The notes beneath the pieces are model-generated. The model was given only the letters and a program-made list of their open reading frames with translations, was not told the DNA's origin and made no database searches. Below are positions 59,526 through 64,000 of a DNA stretch of 64,000 bases, in pieces. This stretch comes from Candidatus Peribacteria bacterium (GTDB taxonomy: Bacteria; Patescibacteriota; Gracilibacteria; Peribacterales; Peribacteraceae). The stretch is from positions 160,001-224,000 of the forward strand of contig JBEPVF010000001.1 in NCBI GenBank assembly GCA_041691135.1. The letters are read 5' to 3'. Position 1 is the first letter of the stretch. Every line of letters begins with the position of its first letter. Both the position numbers and the translations under genes were made by a program.

Positions 59526-61457
59526 ATGTCTAAAATTATCGGTATCGACCTCGGCACCACCAACTCCTGCGTCGCAGTGATCGAAGGAGGGGAGCCGACT
59601 GTCATCCCCAATGCAGAAGGAGCACGCACGACTCCATCAGTCGTCGCTTTCAAAGACAGTGAAGTACTCGTCGGTGTGGCCGCCAAGCGCCAAGCCGTCA
59701 CCAATCCGAAGAACACGATCTTCTCGGCCAAACGTTTTATCGGACATCGCTACAACGAAGTGGAAAAAGAGGCGAAGGCCATGCCGTTCGAAGTAAAAGA
59801 AGGAAAAGAGGGGAGAGCCGCGATCGTCGTGAATGGTAAAGAAATGCTCCCGCAGGAAGTGAGCGCCAAAGTATTGCAAAAACTCAAGCGTGACGCCGAG
59901 GCGTTTCTTGGCACGACGGTCACAAAGGCTGTAATCACCGTGCCGGCATACTTCGACGATTCGCAACGCCAAGCCACAAAAGACGCCGGACAAATTGCCG
60001 GTCTGGAAGTGGTCCGCATCATCAACGAACCGACTGCGGCAGCACTTGCTTACGGTCTGGACAAAAGTCAGGCACAGAAGATTGTCGTCTATGACCTCGG
60101 AGGCGGAACGTTCGACGTGTCGGTTCTGGAACTGGGCGACGGCGTGTTCGAAGTAGTTGCCACGAACGGCGACACACACCTCGGCGGTGACGACTTCGAC
60201 CAGGTAATCATTCAATGGATTTTGGACGAGTTCAAAAAGGAGCAGGGGATTGATCTGTCGCAGGACAAGATCGCACTGCAGCGTTTGAAGGAGGGCGCCG
60301 AGAAGGCGAAGATCGAACTCAGCTCGGCCAACGAAACGGATATTAATCTGCCGTTCATCACCGCTGATGCGACCGGCCCGAAACATCTGAACTTGAAACT
60401 GAGCCGTGCCAAACTCGAAGCGCTCGTGCAGCCTTTGATCGACAAAACGGTCGGACCCTGCGAAGCGGCGCTCAAAGATGCCAATATCAAGAAGGAGGAA
60501 ATCAGCGAAGTAGTGCTCGTGGGAGGTATGACGCGCATGCCCGCCGTGATCGCGAAGGTGAAGGAACTCTTCGGCAAGGAACCGCACAAAGGCGTAAATC
60601 CGGACGAAGTGGTAGCCATCGGCGCCGCAATCCAGGCCGGCATTCTCGGCGGTGACATCAATAAGGACATCGTCCTGGTCGACGTGACGCCGCTGTCGCT
60701 TGGCATCGAAACACTCGGCGGCGTGGCGACGAAACTAATCGAGCGAAATTCGAAGATCCCCACCAGCAAAGCGCAGGTCTTCTCGACGGCAGCCGACAAT
60801 CAAACATCGGTGGAAATACATGTGGTGCAAGGTGGACGCGAAATGGCTGCCGATAATAAATCACTTGGTCGCTTTATCCTCGATGGCATTCTGTCGGCTC
60901 CGCGCGGCATGCCGCAGATCGAAGTGGCATTCGATCTCGATACCAACGGTATTCTGAGTGTGAAAGCCAAGGACAAGGGAACCGGCAAGGAGCAACACAT
61001 CACCATTCAGGGTTCGACGGGCCTTAGCAAAGAAGAAGTCGAGAAGATGCAGAAGGATGCGGAACTCCATGCCGAGGAAGACAAGAAGAAGCGCGAAATG
61101 ATCGATACTCGCAACAGCGCCGATGCGCTCGTGTTCAGCATCGAAAAACAGATGCGCGAGTACGATGCAAAAATTCCAGACGAGACCAAGAAGAAGGTGA
61201 ATGAGAAAATCAATGCGCTCAAGGACCTGTTGAAGAAAGAAGATACGGACCTGGACACGCTCAAGAAAGCGACGGAGGCACTGGGTACCGAGGCACAGGA
61301 AATCGGCAAGATCGTCTACGAGCAGGCACAGAAGGATCAAGCCGCTGCGGGCGGGGCAAAAGACGGCGAGAAGAAAGATGCTTCATCCGAGCCTGTTGAC
61401 GCAGAAGTCGTAGACGATAAGAAAGAGGGCGATGGCCCAGAAGTGCATAAAGCGTAA
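59526..61457 (+). CDS. dnaK: chaperone DnaK
   Basis: [34 protein letters not shown] motifs. Confidence 0.98.
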   Translation: MSKIIGIDLGTTNSCVAVIEGGEPTVIPNAEGARTTPSVVAFKDSEVLVGVAAKRQAVTNPKNTIFSAKRFIGHRYNEVEKEAKAMPFEVKEGKEGRAAIVVNGKEMLPQEVSAKVLQKLKRDAEAFLGTTVTKAVITVPAYFDDSQRQATKDAGQIAGLEVVRIINEPTAAALAYGLDKSQAQKIVVYDLGGGTFDVSVLELGDGVFEVVATNGDTHLGGDDFDQVIIQWILDEFKKEQGIDLSQDKIALQRLKEGAEKAKIELSSANETDINLPFITADATGPKHLNLKLSRAKLEALVQPLIDKTVGPCEAALKDANIKKEEISEVVLVGGMTRMPAVIAKVKELFGKEPHKGVNPDEVVAIGAAIQAGILGGDINKDIVLVDVTPLSLGIETLGGVATKLIERNSKIPTSKAQVFSTAADNQTSVEIHVVQGGREMAADNKSLGRFILDGILSAPRGMPQIEVAFDLDTNGILSVKAKDKGTGKEQHITIQGSTGLSKEEVEKMQKDAELHAEEDKKKREMIDTRNSADALVFSIEKQMREYDAKIPDETKKKVNEKINALKDLLKKEDTDLDTLKKATEALGTEAQEIGKIVYEQAQKDQAAAGGAKDGEKKDASSEPVDAEVVDDKKEGDGPEVHKA

Positions 61458-61480
61458 TTTTAAACGATTATAGGAACAGC

Positions 61481-61518
61481 ATAACCGCGGCAAGGATCAC
61501 AATCCCTGCCGCGGTTAT
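61481..61518 (+). terminator. hairpin after dnaK
   Basis: ATAACCGCGGCA..TGCCGCGGTTAT 12-bp stem. Confidence 0.7.
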
Positions 61519-61536
61519 TGATGGTAGAATTGCGCC

Positions 61537-62013
61537 ATGACCAGCCAGGGCCCCATCACCACCGACATCGATGTTCTGCGCGAGATGGTGCGTCTGGCAG
61601 AACGTTTGCGCGACGAAGAATTCCTCTCCATGGAGCGCACCAATCGCTACAACTCCGGACTCATCGCGTTCTCCACCGGCTTTCTATCATTCATGATCAA
61701 TGCGCAATTTCCAAAAGCGACGGTACAAATAGCGGGGATTTTTCTGATCGGCTCGATCATCACTTCACTTATTGCACTCAGCCCGCGCAAATTACACGGA
61801 GCCGCCGTGCGGATTGACGAAGACATCAAAGCCATCTGGAGCGGAGCTCAACTCGACCTGCCGGCCTATCTGCTCGAAACAGCCGACGTCACCGACAAGG
61901 CTGCCATGGCGATTGCCAAACGCGGATCGCAGAAGAAATACCTCACCGTCATATCGGCGCTGTGCCTTGCTTTTGCGCTAGGTACAACGTATTATTTGTA
62001 TACATATGCCTAG
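61537..62013 (+). CDS. hypothetical three-TM membrane protein
   Basis: three hydrophobic helices; TG-TAGAAT box 6 nt before the ATG. Confidence 0.7.
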   Translation: MTSQGPITTDIDVLREMVRLAERLRDEEFLSMERTNRYNSGLIAFSTGFLSFMINAQFPKATVQIAGIFLIGSIITSLIALSPRKLHGAAVRIDEDIKAIWSGAQLDLPAYLLETADVTDKAAMAIAKRGSQKKYLTVISALCLAFALGTTYYLYTYA

Positions 62014-62094
62014 ACCAGGAACCATTGTCGAAGGGATCTGACCGCCTCTACCAAAATCAGTAGGGCCGCGAGAATTTGCTACGCACATCACACA

Positions 62095-62790
62095 TTACAT
62101 TTCTACGGAAACCTGATCGGGTGAAAGAATATATTTTTTGAGCGATCCGCCGCAAAACTGCTGGACCAAGTTTTCGAGTTCCTGAAGCGATTTTTCCAAT
62201 GATCCATCATCGATCAGGCTCTCAACTACTAACACTGCGTTTTCCGTCTGATTCGTCAGTTTTGTTCGGTCTCCTTCACGCCAGTTAAACTTACGACAGA
62301 TGACACCCTGATCATCGCGGTAGATTACTTCGCCGAGGAGCGGGGGATCAGCGGTCACACTGCCTATTTCAAAAAATTCCTCTGAGGCGGCCGACAGAGT
62401 GAGGCGAATATCGCCGATCGTTCGATCAAGGTCCTCACCGCCGGCAGTCAACAAATGTGTGATCGAGATGATATTGTAGAGATCGACGAGTGAATTGATG
62501 CTCGGCAATTCACCGCCTTTCACGACTCGCTTCACCAATGCTTGCACCGACGGCTGATCGCGATTCGGATTGTTGCCGAATTTTTTGTGTGCTTCCTGCC
62601 ATGCCGCGATATGCGGATGTTCTTTAAACGTCTCGGCCTGTAGCGACGAACGCACTTGTGCTTCGGCTGCGCGGAGAAGGGGAATAATCTCCGAATGGAC
62701 AATCGCATTGTCAGCTCCGCGCACGACAATCAACCCCACGCGAAGCGCGGGATGACGTTCAAAAATTTGAGGATCGATAGAAAAAGTCAT
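62095..62790 (-). CDS. B3/B4 domain protein (PheRS beta editing-like)
   Basis: W.EA.KKFG, PSVQALVKR, INSLVDLYNIIS, GGEDLD, CRKFNWRE motifs. Confidence 0.9.
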   Translation of the reverse strand: MTFSIDPQIFERHPALRVGLIVVRGADNAIVHSEIIPLLRAAEAQVRSSLQAETFKEHPHIAAWQEAHKKFGNNPNRDQPSVQALVKRVVKGGELPSINSLVDLYNIISITHLLTAGGEDLDRTIGDIRLTLSAASEEFFEIGSVTADPPLLGEVIYRDDQGVICRKFNWREGDRTKLTNQTENAVLVVESLIDDGSLEKSLQELENLVQQFCGGSLKKYILSPDQVSVEM

Positions 62791-62819
62791 AGTGAAGTAA
62801 GAATATGGTTCAGCTTTCC

Positions 62820-63824
62820 TTACAGCTTTGACCCCACGTATCGAGCCAGCTCGACCAAACGATTGGAGTAGCCCCATTCGTTGTCGTACCAACCGAACGC
62901 TTTCACCATCGTACCGCCAATGACTTCGGTGAGATCACTGTCGATGATGCAGCTATGCGGATTGCCGACGAAGTCTTTGAGTACGAGCGGGCGATCTTCC
63001 ACTTGAAGAATATTTTTCATCGCACCGGACTCGGCTTTTTTGAATGCTGCATTCACTTCTTCCTTCGTCGTCGCCTTGCTGACCGTGACCGTCAAATCGG
63101 TAATGCTGCCAGTGGGAGTTGGGACGCGAATAGAAACTCCGCTCAATTTCCCTTTGAGCTCAGGAACAACCAGACCGATCGCCTTCGCGGCGCCAGTCGA
63201 TGTCGGTACAAGGTTCACGGCGGCAGCGCGAGCACGGCGCAAATCCTTGTGCGGCAAGTCCAGCAGATTCTGATCATTGGTATAACTGTGGATCGTCGTC
63301 ATCAAGCCGTGCTCAATACTGAACGTGTCATGAAGCACTTTCGCCATCGGCGCCAAGCAGTTCGTGGTGCACGACGCGTTTGAAATGATGTCCATTTTTT
63401 TTGCATCATACGATTCATGATTCACACCAATACAGAACGTTCCATCGATTTCGTCCTTTGCTGGAGCCGAAATAATGACCTTCTTGGCACCGGCCTTCAA
63501 GTGCTGTGATGCGCCTTCGCGACTCGTGAAAAACCCGGTGCACTCAAGTACCACATCTACCTTGAGTTCTTTATGAGGCAATTGCGACGGGTCTTTCTGT
63601 GCCGTCAAACGGATCGTGTCGTTGCCGGTGATCAGATTTCCATCCTTGAGGGTGACGCCGCCATTGAAGTGACCGTACGTGGAATCGAACTCAAACAGAT
63701 GTGCGAGCGTGGCAGGATCCGTCAGATCGTTGATAAGTACAACGTTCACATCGGGATACTGAGTCTGAATGATGCGCAGTGCTTGGCGTCCGATCCGGCC
63801 GAAGCCGTTGATAGCGAGATTCAT
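62820..63824 (-). CDS. gap: glyceraldehyde-3-phosphate dehydrogenase type I
   Basis: AINGFGRIGR, SNASCTTNCLAP, WYDNEWGYS motifs. Confidence 0.97.
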   Translation of the reverse strand: MNLAINGFGRIGRQALRIIQTQYPDVNVVLINDLTDPATLAHLFEFDSTYGHFNGGVTLKDGNLITGNDTIRLTAQKDPSQLPHKELKVDVVLECTGFFTSREGASQHLKAGAKKVIISAPAKDEIDGTFCIGVNHESYDAKKMDIISNASCTTNCLAPMAKVLHDTFSIEHGLMTTIHSYTNDQNLLDLPHKDLRRARAAAVNLVPTSTGAAKAIGLVVPELKGKLSGVSIRVPTPTGSITDLTVTVSKATTKEEVNAAFKKAESGAMKNILQVEDRPLVLKDFVGNPHSCIIDSDLTEVIGGTMVKAFGWYDNEWGYSNRLVELARYVGSKL

Positions 63825-63945
63825 AGAAAAGAAGAGGGGAATCCCCCTCACTTTAACATGAATTAAAACGCAGTCTGAAGGCATAATTATGAACTCAAAG
63901 GAAGAATTATTTACATAAACAATTTATGTTATAGAATTCTATATT

Positions 63946-64000
63946 ATGAATAATGCCAAAATTTTTCGAGAAGACGACTACAGAGAACAGGTTATTCCGA
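63946..64000 (+). CDS. possible 5' end of an ORF running off the window
   Basis: MNNAKIFREDDYREQVIP open to the edge; TAGAAT upstream. Confidence 0.35.
   Translation, partial: MNNAKIFREDDYREQVIP

Noticed and set aside
59637-60587. 316-aa ORF antisense to dnaK
   Set aside because: Typical shadow ORF caused by dnaK codon bias; the same applies to the many antisense ORFs over purL, murJ, recG and the adhesin.
62006-62094. Short peptide gene after the three-TM protein
   Set aside because: The frame stops after 11 codons, and a longer peptide would need an unsupported frameshift.

Overview
Bacterial chromosomal window in standard code 11. Gene content and style (DUF11/SLH surface proteins, stand-alone receivers, SD-less starts) suggest a Patescibacteria/CPR genome, most like Ca. 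Peribacteria; this is inference. It is mostly housekeeping genes (rpmA, murC, purL, murJ, nusG, secE, lepB, pth, rplU, tgt, clpP, miaA, recG, obgE, dnaK, gap), four tRNAs, two PAS histidine kinase/receiver pairs, a ~2870-aa DUF11 adhesin, and an integrase-less ~5.9 kb island at tRNA-Ala. The top finding is at 32312-33620: a promoter drives two tandem Met-codon-rich leader peptides, each coupled to mutually exclusive antiterminator/terminator hairpins, upstream of a divergent DUF62-like SAM hydrolase. This looks like a methionine-sensing double ribosomal attenuator controlling Met recovery from SAM. Other notable items are a ~210-nt 6S-like rod RNA, pervasive leaderless promoter geometry, and heptamer inverted repeats enclosing a four-helix-bundle gene plus the CIRCE-controlled dnaK promoter. 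All protein family calls are from motif recognition by eye; no searches were run.
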